Shown here piece after piece: positions 18,760 to 28,617 of a DNA stretch of 64,000 bases (the first letter of the stretch is position 1; every line of letters starts with the position of its first letter). The position numbers and the translations under genes are program-made. The notes beneath the pieces were generated by a model. That model was not told the DNA's origin, searched no databases, and saw only the letters and a list, made by a program, of their open reading frames with translations. Source of the DNA: Fidelibacterota bacterium (GTDB taxonomy: Bacteria; Fidelibacterota; Marinisomatia; SCGC-AAA003-L08; JACNLC01). The stretch spans positions 12,569-76,568 of the forward strand of contig JACNLC010000085.1 of assembly GCA_014381725.1 (NCBI GenBank), written 5' to 3'.

Positions 18760-20762
18760 TATTTCAATCCGTTTGCTACAATTTCAGCAATATCGAGGAC
18801 TTTCATTTTTTCTTCCTGACCTTTTACACGCATTGCATCGTCCATCATAGTTATACAAAATGAGCAGGATGTTGCAACAGTATCAGCACCGGAATTCATT
18901 GCTTCTTCAAATCTTACAACATTAATTCGCTCACCATCATTGATTTCATACCACATATTTCCACCACCGGCACCACAGCAGAAACTGTTATTTTTGTTCT
19001 GCTCCATCTCAACCATTTCGCCATCATTCATTACTCCTTGGATGATATTTCTAGGAGTATCATAAATATCGTTGTGGCGTCCTAGATAACAGGCATCGTG
19101 GTAGGTTACTTTCCCTGATAAATGTTGATTTGGTTTCAATTGCCCATTTTCTATCAATTCATCAATGAATTCTGTATGATGTTTAACTACATAATTACCA
19201 CCAAAATCCGGATACTCATTTTTGAATGTATGGAAACAATGCGGACAAGGAGTTACAATAGTTTTGAACTCATATTTGCTGAGTGTTTCAATATTCTGTA
19301 AAGCAAGAGTTTCAAACAGATACTCTTCTCCCATTCTTCGAGCAGAGTCTCCAGTGCAAGATTCTTCAGTTCCTAAAACTGCATAATCGATTCCAGCAGT
19401 CTCAAAAATTTTCACCATTGCTTTTGCAATTTGTTGATTTCTTGGGTCATACGCACCAGCACAACCTACCCAATATAGTACATCAGCTTTCTTCTTTTGC
19501 GAAAATATAGGAAGTTCAATGTCTGAATCTTCTGCCCACTTAGTTCTGTCGTTTTTCGGAAATCCCCACGGATTACCGCTTTGCATTGTTTTCTCCAAAC
19601 TTTCGCTCGCTTGTTCGTGTGGTTTACCTTCGGACAAAACCAAATATCGTCGCATATCTGTAAATGTTGGTATATGGTCAATCAGCACCGGGCAAGCTTC
19701 CATACACGCACCACAAGTTGTACACGACCAAAGTTCATTTTCTGTAATTAATCCGTTTATGAGAGGTTTCACTTCTCCGTCGTTCATTTCTGCTGCATAC
19801 AGATTTTTTCGGATATCAGTGATAATTTTCATTGGTGATAGTGGTTTATCCGTATTATAAGCCGGACAGATCGTAGAACATCTAGAACATTCCGTGCAGG
19901 AAACACTATCCAGAAGTTGTTTCCACGAAAACTCTTCAACTTTGCTTACTCCTAGTGAGATATTTTCGATATCAGCTTCTGGATCTTGCATCATTTTACT
20001 TACGAACATTGGACGAAGTAGCCCTCGTTTTTCAGTATTTGTTAATGCAGTATTCAAAATTACAACAATAGCGTGAAACATTTTGGTTTGAGGAATGAGT
20101 GCAATCGCTAAAAGAGAAATTATAGAGTGAATCCACCAAAACGCAGGTTTTACAAATTCCCACGATTCTGGTGAAGCAAGTTTTGATATTGGGTATCCTA
20201 ACCAAGAATATCCAGCATTTTGTGGAGATTCAACTGCTAATCGAGCGGCTTCTGATAAGAATCCTGTTAAACAGATAATCAGTAGAAAAACTAAAATCCC
20301 CACATCGGCAAATAGAATCCCTCGCCCAGATAAATTATCATTTGGCAATGCTTTTGGTTTGTTGAAAATACGACGATAAAGCGCCATTAAAATTCCTACA
20401 GTAAACATCAATCCACCCAAATCGTTTAAGAAAGCAAACCAAGGAGTATCCATAGTTGGAAGATAATCAACAAACAAACCCCATTTAGTAAACATATCCA
20501 CTGATGTAGCAAACAAAAGTTCAAAACAACCCCATCCCAAAAAGATGTGCATTACCGTAGCAAAAGTAAATTGTTTGGAATTAACACGCATCTGTGCAAA
20601 GCCATAAACTACAGCATTGCGAATAATACTTAAGAAATTAAAAGGACGATGTTCTTCCTTTTTCCCAATACGAATGACGAATAATCGCCGAAGATTATAC
20701 AAAAAATAAAATCCTGATAGAATCGCAAAAATATAAAATGAATTTGGTATGTGATGTTGCAT
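18759..20762 (-). CDS. membrane-anchored (Fe-S)-binding oxidoreductase, HdrD/GlpC-like with CCG domains (EtfD-like ETF:quinone partner)
   Basis: N-terminal ~6 TM helices. Two ferredoxin motifs, CTECSRCSTICP and CTTCGACMEACP. C-terminal Cys-rich CCG-type segments (WVGCAG..., FCCGAGGGN). Lies immediately downstream of etfBA. Confidence 0.7.
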   Translation of the reverse strand: MQHHIPNSFYIFAILSGFYFLYNLRRLFVIRIGKKEEHRPFNFLSIIRNAVVYGFAQMRVNSKQFTFATVMHIFLGWGCFELLFATSVDMFTKWGLFVDYLPTMDTPWFAFLNDLGGLMFTVGILMALYRRIFNKPKALPNDNLSGRGILFADVGILVFLLIICLTGFLSEAARLAVESPQNAGYSWLGYPISKLASPESWEFVKPAFWWIHSIISLLAIALIPQTKMFHAIVVILNTALTNTEKRGLLRPMFVSKMMQDPEADIENISLGVSKVEEFSWKQLLDSVSCTECSRCSTICPAYNTDKPLSPMKIITDIRKNLYAAEMNDGEVKPLINGLITENELWSCTTCGACMEACPVLIDHIPTFTDMRRYLVLSEGKPHEQASESLEKTMQSGNPWGFPKNDRTKWAEDSDIELPIFSQKKKADVLYWVGCAGAYDPRNQQIAKAMVKIFETAGIDYAVLGTEESCTGDSARRMGEEYLFETLALQNIETLSKYEFKTIVTPCPHCFHTFKNEYPDFGGNYVVKHHTEFIDELIENGQLKPNQHLSGKVTYHDACYLGRHNDIYDTPRNIIQGVMNDGEMVEMEQNKNNSFCCGAGGGNMWYEINDGERINVVRFEEAMNSGADTVATSCSFCITMMDDAMRVKGQEEKMKVLDIAEIVANGLK

Positions 20763-20884
20763 TTTTACCTCACTATTTCAGTTAAATTAGAAAGTCAAAA
20801 GTATTAGTTTCTAGTAACTTTCATTTTGTCCTGTCCTAAAATTGTTAATCGATATTCTTAAACTTCTCTATGAGTCTCGAATTA

Positions 20885-21844
20885 TTATCGATTTTTTATT
20901 GCTTCAGTCAATTTTGGAACAATCTCAAACAAGTCCGCTATAACTCCGATATCGGCAACTTCAAAAATCGGTGCATTTTCATCCTTATTGATTGCAATAA
21001 TATTGTCTGAACCTTTCATCCCAACCAAATGCTGGACTGCTCCGGAGATTCCTACTGCTACATATAATTTTGGAGAAACAGTTTGCCCAGATGAACCAAC
21101 TTGCCTTTCGTGCGGTAGCCATTCATAATCGACCACCGGTCGTGATGCACCAAGCTCTGCTCCAAGTGATTCTGCTAATTCCTTAACCACCGGTAGATTC
21201 TCTTCTTTACCAACTCCTCGCCCGATAGACAGTATAATTTCAGCTCTACTTAAATCCACTTCACCTTTTGCTTCTTGGAATTTCTCTCCAGGTCGAACTG
21301 TTTGTGCAACGGTGGATAAATCCAATGATAATTCGCGAATAGATGCATTACCCTTGGAAACTTCATCAACTCGATAACTTCCCGGTTGGAAAGATGCCAA
21401 AATCGGTGAACTGCTAACAGAAATATCAGAATTAATTTTCCCTTGATAAATCTGACGAATAAACATTAACTCGTCTTCATTTTTGAATCCAATACAATCA
21501 GCAACAAACGGGACATTAAGTCTCGCACCTAAACGCGGAATCCAATCCCGTGCTTCATAAGTATGAGCAAAAAGCACAATATCAGGTTTCTCAGAATCAA
21601 TTGTTTGCTGAAGTGCAGAAATATAATTTAGCGGATTATAATCCGCAAGTTCAGACTGATTTGCAAGCAAAATTTCCGATAAATTGTAAGAAGTTAAACT
21701 CTGAGCTACATCATTATTAAATGTTATAGCTGATAAATTTCCACCAGTAGATTCAGCGACTTTTTGTGCTCCTGAAAGTGCTTCTAATGATGCACGATTT
21801 ACTGTTCCATTTTCTTGTTGAATAAATATAAATATTTTCATCAT
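20885..21844 (-). CDS. etfA: electron transfer flavoprotein subunit alpha
   Basis: C-terminal FAD-binding region ...SRPVVDYEWLPHERQVGSSGQTVSPKLYVAVGISGAVQHLVGM...IIAINKDENAPIF. Confidence 0.85.
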   Translation of the reverse strand: MMKIFIFIQQENGTVNRASLEALSGAQKVAESTGGNLSAITFNNDVAQSLTSYNLSEILLANQSELADYNPLNYISALQQTIDSEKPDIVLFAHTYEARDWIPRLGARLNVPFVADCIGFKNEDELMFIRQIYQGKINSDISVSSSPILASFQPGSYRVDEVSKGNASIRELSLDLSTVAQTVRPGEKFQEAKGEVDLSRAEIILSIGRGVGKEENLPVVKELAESLGAELGASRPVVDYEWLPHERQVGSSGQTVSPKLYVAVGISGAVQHLVGMKGSDNIIAINKDENAPIFEVADIGVIADLFEIVPKLTEAIKNR

Positions 21845-21845
21845 A

Positions 21846-22625
21846 TTACCCCAATACTTTAATTTCGTTAGTGAGTTTTTCCATCAACTGTTCAACAATT
21901 TCATCAGGAGAACCGGAAATGAATTCTGTTTCCTTAGTTTTTTGTGGAACATAAATCTGCTTGGTTTCTGCTTTTGTAGCGATATCATCTAAATCAATAT
22001 CACTAGCTGACATAGTTTGTAGAGGTTTCTTTTTCATCATCATAATTCCACGAAGAGAAGCATATCGAGGTTTGTTTAATCCAGATTGAATTGTCAATGA
22101 TGCAGGAAGATCAAGCTCTGTCCATTGAGCCCAACCGCCTTCAAGTTCTCGTTTGACTTTTATCACAGTATCACCAACCATTTCAGTTCCAATAACTAAC
22201 GATGAGTGTGATGTATTGAGAAGTTCTGCCAAAATAACACCAACTTGAGCATTGCCAGTATCATCTGATTGCAAACCAGTAAAAATTAAATCGAAATTCT
22301 CATCTTTCAAAACAGATGCAAACACTTTTGAAGTGGCAAGTGCATCAAAATTTTCGAACTTCTCGTCAGTTATCATAATTCCTCTGTCAGCACCTTTTGC
22401 AAGTCCATCTTTAACAACTTGCACAGCGGAATCTTTTCCCATTGAACAAACTACCACTTCACCACCGTGTTTTTCTTTTAGAAGCAACGCTTCTTCGAGT
22501 GCGTAAGTATCACATTCGTTTGTTGTAGATGTTATGCCGTCTTCTATTATTGTCAGGTTATCATCGGCAATTTTGATAAGCGAATCACTATCCGGAACCT
22601 GTTTTACTAATACACATATTTTCAT
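21846..22625 (-). CDS. etfB: electron transfer flavoprotein subunit beta
   Basis: MKICVLVKQVPD start with GGAG 6 nt upstream; the track start at 22643 is probably too long. Typical EtfB pattern ...NECDTYALEEALLLKE...DLIFTGLQSDD... Confidence 0.85.
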   Translation of the reverse strand: MKICVLVKQVPDSDSLIKIADDNLTIIEDGITSTTNECDTYALEEALLLKEKHGGEVVVCSMGKDSAVQVVKDGLAKGADRGIMITDEKFENFDALATSKVFASVLKDENFDLIFTGLQSDDTGNAQVGVILAELLNTSHSSLVIGTEMVGDTVIKVKRELEGGWAQWTELDLPASLTIQSGLNKPRYASLRGIMMMKKKPLQTMSASDIDLDDIATKAETKQIYVPQKTKETEFISGSPDEIVEQLMEKLTNEIKVLG

Positions 22626-22773
22626 TTTTTCTCCAATATTCATTTATAGAATTTCAATATTTACACAAAATTTTGGTTCAAAAATTACGAATAAAACAGG
22701 ATAAATAACTCTTGTTTTTTATAAATCTGATATAGAAATTTTCAATCAACTGGTTAGCTGGGCTCCAAACAAC

Positions 22774-22983
22774 TTATTGGTTTTCTGACCACTCCTCATA
22801 CCAAATCATTTGGATTGACTCCAATATTCCCTCGCTTGATTTTTTAGGGTCATCAGAAAAATCATTGAGTTCAATAATCATTTTATGCAGATCTGTAAAT
22901 CTAACTGTTAATGGATTAATGTCCGGATACTTCTCAGAAAGCTCAAATCCTAAATCTTCTTTATCTTGCCAAGTTAGTTTCAT
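22774..22983 (-). CDS. iscX: Fe-S cluster assembly protein IscX (YfhJ)
   Basis: MKLTWQDKEDLGFELSEKYPDINPLTVRFTDLHKMIIELNDFSDDPKKSSEGILESIQMIW aligns along its length with E. coli IscX as I recall it (..[43 protein letters not shown]..). Confidence 0.8.
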   Translation of the reverse strand: MKLTWQDKEDLGFELSEKYPDINPLTVRFTDLHKMIIELNDFSDDPKKSSEGILESIQMIWYEEWSENQ

Positions 22984-23161
22984 ATTTATTATTCAATCTG
23001 CTAATTTTCTTACTCATAATTTGCAGTAATTTAGAAGAAATAAAAGTACATCCAAAACTAAAATCAAAACTGTTCGGCATTGTTACAATAAGTTACACAA
23101 TAATTTTAGTTTCACATGTTGTTAATATTCTAACTTACTTGATTGAACAGAGAGGGTAAAA

Positions 23162-25315
23162 TTGAAGAAAAATAAATTAATTCTATGGTTAGTAATGTTA
23201 ACTGGAGTTGTTTTCGCAAACTCAGTCAGGGAAAATGTAATTCTATTTTGCTTGAATCAGAATTCAGAATTATTATCCATTTCAAAAACTGAAGATGGAT
23301 TTTCAGTCAATAACAGCGAACTTAATGATTATTTTAAATCTATAAAAGCTACTGATTTAGAGCAGTGGATACCATTTGCAACAGAGGATGATCACGACGG
23401 AGATATCTACTTAAACAGAATTTATCGTTTATATTTGCCTGAAAATAGAACCAAATCACTTTCTCAAATCCTGGAAGAAGTTGCTTCTTTTGAAATTATA
23501 CATTCATCTGAAAAGGAATATATCAGAAAACCATATTATACACCAAACGATCCTCGATACAGCCAGCAATGGTTTTTGCAACAAGTAAACGCTAATTATG
23601 CGTGGAATTTTTGGGATATTGATGGAGGAGACAATCCCGGTAACCAAAATGTATTGCTCGCTTCAGTTGATACTGGTGTAGATTGGGACCACACTGATCT
23701 AAGAAATAATATATGGCAAAATCTCAATGAAGATGCAGATGGTGATGGCCATACAATTGAATATTCTAATGGAACTTGGATACTCGATCCTGGCGATTTG
23801 AATGGAATTGACGACGACGATTGGGATGATAGCCCCACAACTTTTGTGGATGACTTAATCGGTTGGGATGTTGCTGGTTGGAGTGGAGTTGGAGATAATA
23901 ATCCTCAACCAAAAGAAGGAGTATCCAATTGGAGTACTTGGGCTCACGGTACACATGTAGCCGGACTTTTAGCTTCATCAACAGATAATAATACAGGAAT
24001 TGCTTCAGTTGCGTTTGACTGTAGTATAATGTCTGTTAAAGTATCCAGGGGAAATCAATCAGGTGAACCTTATATAACTGATGGATTCTCTGGTATTTTG
24101 TATGCCGCTAAAGCTGGATTTAACACAGGATCATTTGCAATAATCAATAATAGTTGGGGTGGTGGTGGTTTTAACTCATACGAACAAGCAAATATAAATG
24201 TTGCACATGACACATACAATGCAATCATTTTTGCTGCAGGTGGTAATGGTTCAGATTCTTGGCCTTATGGAGAAGAATATACCGCACATTATCCATCAAG
24301 CTATGAAAATGTGATTGCCGTTGCTCCGTTGGGAACAAACGATAATTGGAACCATTGGGGAACCTACCACGAGACAATTGATTTATCATCTCCCGGAGAA
24401 AATATTCAAAGTACAATTATTGGAAATAACTATACTTCTTGGGATGGTTCATCTATGGCAACACCAATTGCCGCAAGTTGTGTTGGTCTGCTAAAATCTA
24501 AATATCCTGATTGGTCTAATATCCAACTAGAAACAATGATTGTTGCAACAGCTGATCCGGTAATTTATAACCAAAATTCTGAATCATACCTTCAAGGGAG
24601 ATTAGGAACTGGAAGAGTTGATATTTTGAAAGCTATTGAAACTGGACTTTTCCCAAAGTTGGAGTTTATTGCTAATGACATTATCCCTGTAACTGGGCAA
24701 GACAACGATGTTAATCCAGGTGAAATAGCAGAATTACGAACTATATTGGTCAATAATGAAGATTGGGGAACTGCTGTTGGTGCTATTGGATTTTTATCAT
24801 CTGAATCAGAATTTGTGACCATCATAAACAATGAAGCAAGTTTTGGAACAGTATCTCCTGGAGATGCGACTTTGAATGAAATTGATCCATTTGTCATTGA
24901 ATTTTCAACTGATACTCCAACCGGAAATGTATCGTTTGATCTTGTACTTACTTCAAACGAAGATGATTATGTTGTTTATACTGACACGCTTACATTTACA
25001 GTTAGAATAATGCCAACTTTGGATAACCTCTCAAGTAATCGCCCAAGCGAATTTTCATTATCTCAAAACTATCCAAATCCATTCAATCCAGTAACAGTTA
25101 TTAGTTATCAACTCCCTGTTCCAAGCTCCGTGCTACTTACTATTTATAATCTACAAGGGCAATTTATTGGAGAATTAGTAAGCAATGTTAGCGTACAGGA
25201 AGCTGGCTATCATTCAGTAGTTTGGGATGCATCAAATTATCCAAGTGGAGTGTATTTTGCAAAACTGCAAACGGATAATTTTACACAAACACAAAAATTA
25301 TTATTATTAAAATAG
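23162..25315 (+). CDS. S8 family (subtilisin-like) serine peptidase with T9SS C-terminal sorting domain
   Basis: Signal peptide. Catalytic triad motifs SVDTGVDWDHTDL, HGTHVAGLL, GSSMATPIAA. C-terminal YPNPFNPVTVISY...SGVYFAKLQTDNFTQTQKLLLLK. TTG start follows GAGAGGG. Confidence 0.85.
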   Translation: MKKNKLILWLVMLTGVVFANSVRENVILFCLNQNSELLSISKTEDGFSVNNSELNDYFKSIKATDLEQWIPFATEDDHDGDIYLNRIYRLYLPENRTKSLSQILEEVASFEIIHSSEKEYIRKPYYTPNDPRYSQQWFLQQVNANYAWNFWDIDGGDNPGNQNVLLASVDTGVDWDHTDLRNNIWQNLNEDADGDGHTIEYSNGTWILDPGDLNGIDDDDWDDSPTTFVDDLIGWDVAGWSGVGDNNPQPKEGVSNWSTWAHGTHVAGLLASSTDNNTGIASVAFDCSIMSVKVSRGNQSGEPYITDGFSGILYAAKAGFNTGSFAIINNSWGGGGFNSYEQANINVAHDTYNAIIFAAGGNGSDSWPYGEEYTAHYPSSYENVIAVAPLGTNDNWNHWGTYHETIDLSSPGENIQSTIIGNNYTSWDGSSMATPIAASCVGLLKSKYPDWSNIQLETMIVATADPVIYNQNSESYLQGRLGTGRVDILKAIETGLFPKLEFIANDIIPVTGQDNDVNPGEIAELRTILVNNEDWGTAVGAIGFLSSESEFVTIINNEASFGTVSPGDATLNEIDPFVIEFSTDTPTGNVSFDLVLTSNEDDYVVYTDTLTFTVRIMPTLDNLSSNRPSEFSLSQNYPNPFNPVTVISYQLPVPSSVLLTIYNLQGQFIGELVSNVSVQEAGYHSVVWDASNYPSGVYFAKLQTDNFTQTQKLLLLK

Positions 25316-25323
25316 GAAATTAT

Positions 25324-28323
25324 ATGAAAAAATTATTGTTAGGAATGTTATTAGTAATTGGTTTTTTAGCTGCAGAAACAGTGGATGTTGAACAAGCAAA
25401 AACTGTTGCAGTGAATCTTTTTACCGAACGGAGTGATTTTGACATCGACAAAATCAGTATTCTTGATATTTCCACAGAAACATTCGGAAAGAATAATTTA
25501 TTTTACATTTTCAATATGATACCTGCGGGATTTGTAATTGTATCCGCCGATGATATTGCAACTCCAATTATCGGTTATAGTTTTGAAGGACAATTACAAA
25601 ATGATAAAATTCCCACACAACTTGCAAATAAACTTGAGAAATACAAATCTGAAATTATTGAAGCTATTCAACAAAATATCTTACCAACTGAAAATATTAG
25701 AACTCAATGGGGATATTACATTTCTGACAATGGTTTTATAATCAATAGAAATTTTCGTTCAGTTTCTCCGCTAATCCAAGCTCGATTTGACCAACCAAAT
25801 CCGTGGAATGCAAAATGCCCGGTAGACCAAAGTGGTCCAGGTGGACGCGCACTCGTTGGATGTGTAGCGGTTTCAATGGCTCAAGTAATGCACTATTGGT
25901 CATATCCAGATTATGGTTACGGTTCTCACAATTATTATCATTGGGATTATGGCAATATATCTGCAAATTTTGGTGATACTCATTATGATTGGTCAAATAT
26001 TCCAAATGCACCGGCAACAGATGATACTCAAACAATTTTATTTCATTGCGGAGTTGCCATTGATATGGGATATGGCCCAGACGGCTCAGGAGCATATGTA
26101 GGTTGGGGAAATCCGTCTGCAATGACAGCAATGGATGATCATTTTCTCTTTGATGATGATATCCATTTTGAAGAAAAAGATAATTATTCAGATGCTTCTT
26201 GGAAAGAACTGATGCAAACTGAACTTAACGAAGGTCGCCCAACAGTATATCGTGGTTATGATATTGAAAGTGGTGGTGGTCACGCTTGGAATATTGATGG
26301 TTATCAAAACGATTATTTCCACTGCAATTGGGGGTGGGGTGGATATGCAAATGGTTATTTTTATCTCAATAACTTAACTGGTGGTGGATATAATTTTTCT
26401 GAAGGCCAAGCAGCAATAATGGGAATTATTCCAGAAAGTTTATCAACACCAAATTTAGTACTTACAGAAACAGCTAGTGAAGAAGTAACTGGTGATGGTG
26501 ATGCGGTGATTAATCCAGGAGAAACTGCAAATATCTTTGTTACTTTGAAAAACCTACCACCTTGGCCAAGTGCAGTTGATGTTGAACTGATTTTAGAAAC
26601 ACAAGAAGACGGAGTTACAATTATTAACGATTATATTTCTTTGGCACAAATTGATTCTGCTGAAACTTATACCAATTTAGAATTTCCTTTTATTGCCGAA
26701 TTTTCATCAGATACTCCTCTTGGTGGTTATTCTTTTAAATTGGTTGTATTAACAAATGACCTACAATACACAAAAGAATTTGACTTTGAAGTCAATATTT
26801 CTCTACATCAAGCTGGATTCCCATTTTACACTTCTGAGCAAGTGAAATCTTCTCCCATTGTAATCGATATTGACGATGATGGAGAAAAGGAGATTATCTT
26901 TGCTGATTATACAGGTTTAATTCATAATTTAAATTATAACGGAAATGAAGAGATAAACTGGCCATTTGATACTGGGAATCAGGTTTGGGGTTCTCCGGCA
27001 GTAGCTGATATAGACAATGATGGAGAGCTGGAAATTATAATTGGATCAAAATCGAAACATCTCTTTGTGCTTACTCCTACTGCTGAAATAAAATTGGATT
27101 TTGAAACTGAGATGTATCTTATGGCTACTGCTTCTATCGGAAACATTGATGATGATGATGAACTTGAAATTATATTCCCTGGATTTTCAACTGCAAATGA
27201 AACTTCCAGTATATTCGCAATAAATCTCGATGGTTCAAATGTTCCGGGATTCCCAATAATTGTAAATGAGAAAATTTTGTATGGATTAGCATTAGCCGAT
27301 TTTAATGAAAATGATAAAGTAGATATCGTATGTACAACTGATGCTGGGAATATATTCCTTTTCTACGATAATGGAATAATTGCCGATGGTTTCCCTTTTA
27401 CAGCTGAAGAACAATTTAAAACAGCTCCATCTGTGTTAAAACTAAACGAACAAGATGAATTTGGTTATGATAAAATTATTGTAGCAGGATCAATGGATGA
27501 TAATTTTTATGCGATTAACAGCGATGGAGGACTTCGTTTCTCAGTTGAAACTGATGGTAATATTCAAACTTCAGCAGGATTTGTGGATATCGAAAATATC
27601 GGACCGGTAATCTTTTTCGGCTCAGATGACGGATATCTGTATGCTGTGCAAACAAACGGATTTAATGCTCCGGGTTGGCCTAAATATCTTAATGAAAAAG
27701 TAACTGTATCGCCTGTCTTTGCGGACATTGATGGAGACAATATCCCAGAGGTTGTGTCAGGTAATGATACCGGAGAAATGTATGTTTTCAATCTGAATGG
27801 TTCTCCATTCCAAAATACTCCAATACCGTCAGAATTTTCCTATAAAAGCACTCCTATGATAGTTGATACCGACAATGATGGTGATTTTGAAATTGTAATT
27901 GGCACTACTCACAACTTAACAAATGTGGATATTAAAAATCTGGGAAACGACGGAGCTTATTGGAAAATGGATAGAGGAAATTCGAAAAGAACTGGATTAT
28001 TTGAAAGCACAATGAATGCTAATTTAGAGACAGATATTTCCAATATAATTATTCATAATTTTGAATTGCATACCGCTTACCCTAATCCGTTTAATCCTAC
28101 AACGGTTATTAGTTATAGTGTGCCGGTAGAGACAAACGGCCGTTTGTCTCTACAAATTTACAACATTACTGGTCAGTTGGTAGAAACATTGGTAAACGCG
28201 CAAGTAGAAGCTGGTTATCATACAGTAGTTTGGAATGCAGAAAATCAACCAAGCGGATTATATTTCGTTAGAATGACTGCTGGAGATTTCGTAAGTACAC
28301 AGAAGATGTTGTTGTTGAAATAG
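25324..28323 (+). CDS. C10 family (streptopain-like) cysteine peptidase fused to FG-GAP/VCBS-type repeats and a T9SS C-terminal domain
   Basis: Signal peptide and propeptide-like N-terminus. Catalytic Cys context VGCVAVSMAQVMHYWSYP and His context GGGHAWNIDGYQ. Repeats DIDDDGEKEIIF, ADIDNDGELEIIIG, ADIDGDNIPEVVSG, DTDNDGDFEIVIG. C-terminal YPNPFNPTTVISY...QKMLLLK. Confidence 0.8.
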   Translation: MKKLLLGMLLVIGFLAAETVDVEQAKTVAVNLFTERSDFDIDKISILDISTETFGKNNLFYIFNMIPAGFVIVSADDIATPIIGYSFEGQLQNDKIPTQLANKLEKYKSEIIEAIQQNILPTENIRTQWGYYISDNGFIINRNFRSVSPLIQARFDQPNPWNAKCPVDQSGPGGRALVGCVAVSMAQVMHYWSYPDYGYGSHNYYHWDYGNISANFGDTHYDWSNIPNAPATDDTQTILFHCGVAIDMGYGPDGSGAYVGWGNPSAMTAMDDHFLFDDDIHFEEKDNYSDASWKELMQTELNEGRPTVYRGYDIESGGGHAWNIDGYQNDYFHCNWGWGGYANGYFYLNNLTGGGYNFSEGQAAIMGIIPESLSTPNLVLTETASEEVTGDGDAVINPGETANIFVTLKNLPPWPSAVDVELILETQEDGVTIINDYISLAQIDSAETYTNLEFPFIAEFSSDTPLGGYSFKLVVLTNDLQYTKEFDFEVNISLHQAGFPFYTSEQVKSSPIVIDIDDDGEKEIIFADYTGLIHNLNYNGNEEINWPFDTGNQVWGSPAVADIDNDGELEIIIGSKSKHLFVLTPTAEIKLDFETEMYLMATASIGNIDDDDELEIIFPGFSTANETSSIFAINLDGSNVPGFPIIVNEKILYGLALADFNENDKVDIVCTTDAGNIFLFYDNGIIADGFPFTAEEQFKTAPSVLKLNEQDEFGYDKIIVAGSMDDNFYAINSDGGLRFSVETDGNIQTSAGFVDIENIGPVIFFGSDDGYLYAVQTNGFNAPGWPKYLNEKVTVSPVFADIDGDNIPEVVSGNDTGEMYVFNLNGSPFQNTPIPSEFSYKSTPMIVDTDNDGDFEIVIGTTHNLTNVDIKNLGNDGAYWKMDRGNSKRTGLFESTMNANLETDISNIIIHNFELHTAYPNPFNPTTVISYSVPVETNGRLSLQIYNITGQLVETLVNAQVEAGYHTVVWNAENQPSGLYFVRMTAGDFVSTQKMLLLK
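28125..28239. repeat. near-identical CTD-coding tract, copy 1 (in the C10 gene)
   Basis: 115 nt matching 30432-30546 with 3 mismatches (28132, 28176, 28199) and no indels. Begins at the perfect palindrome GAGACAAACGG|CCGTTTGTCTC (28129-28150). Confidence 0.9.
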
Positions 28324-28382
28324 TAGAAAATAAAAAATAAACAACGAACAGACGAAATAAAGCAAGTTCGTAACTTCGCCTT

Positions 28383-28416
28383 GTCCGCCAATGTTTTTCA
28401 GGTGGGCGTTTTCGTT
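28383..28416 (+). terminator. weak candidate terminator after the C10 gene
   Basis: GTCCGCC (28383-28389) pairs with GGTGGGC (28401-28407), including two G-U wobbles. 11-nt loop, followed by GTTTTCGTT. Confidence 0.3.
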
Positions 28417-28491
28417 ATAAACCTTAAAACAATTGCTTGCTACTAACAAAACTAACAAAGTAAATTTACTTCTCGAAAACACAATTTAATT

Positions 28492-28596
28492 ATGAAAAGT
28501 TTCAAAATTATATTATTATTATTGACCATTTGGTGCGTTTCCGTTTCAGCACAAGAAACTTCTGCACCTATTTTTGTATATCCAACCATAACTTGA
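28492..28596 (+). CDS. 34-aa signal-peptide-only mini-ORF (possible gene remnant or small secreted peptide)
   Basis: Own translation: MKSFKIILLLLTIWCVSVSAQETSAPIFVYPTIT*. Sec-type signal with an SAQ-E cleavage-like site. No obvious SD. Confidence 0.25.
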   Translation: MKSFKIILLLLTIWCVSVSAQETSAPIFVYPTIT

Positions 28597-28617
28597 CAAA
28601 CTTAAAAAGGAGCAAAA

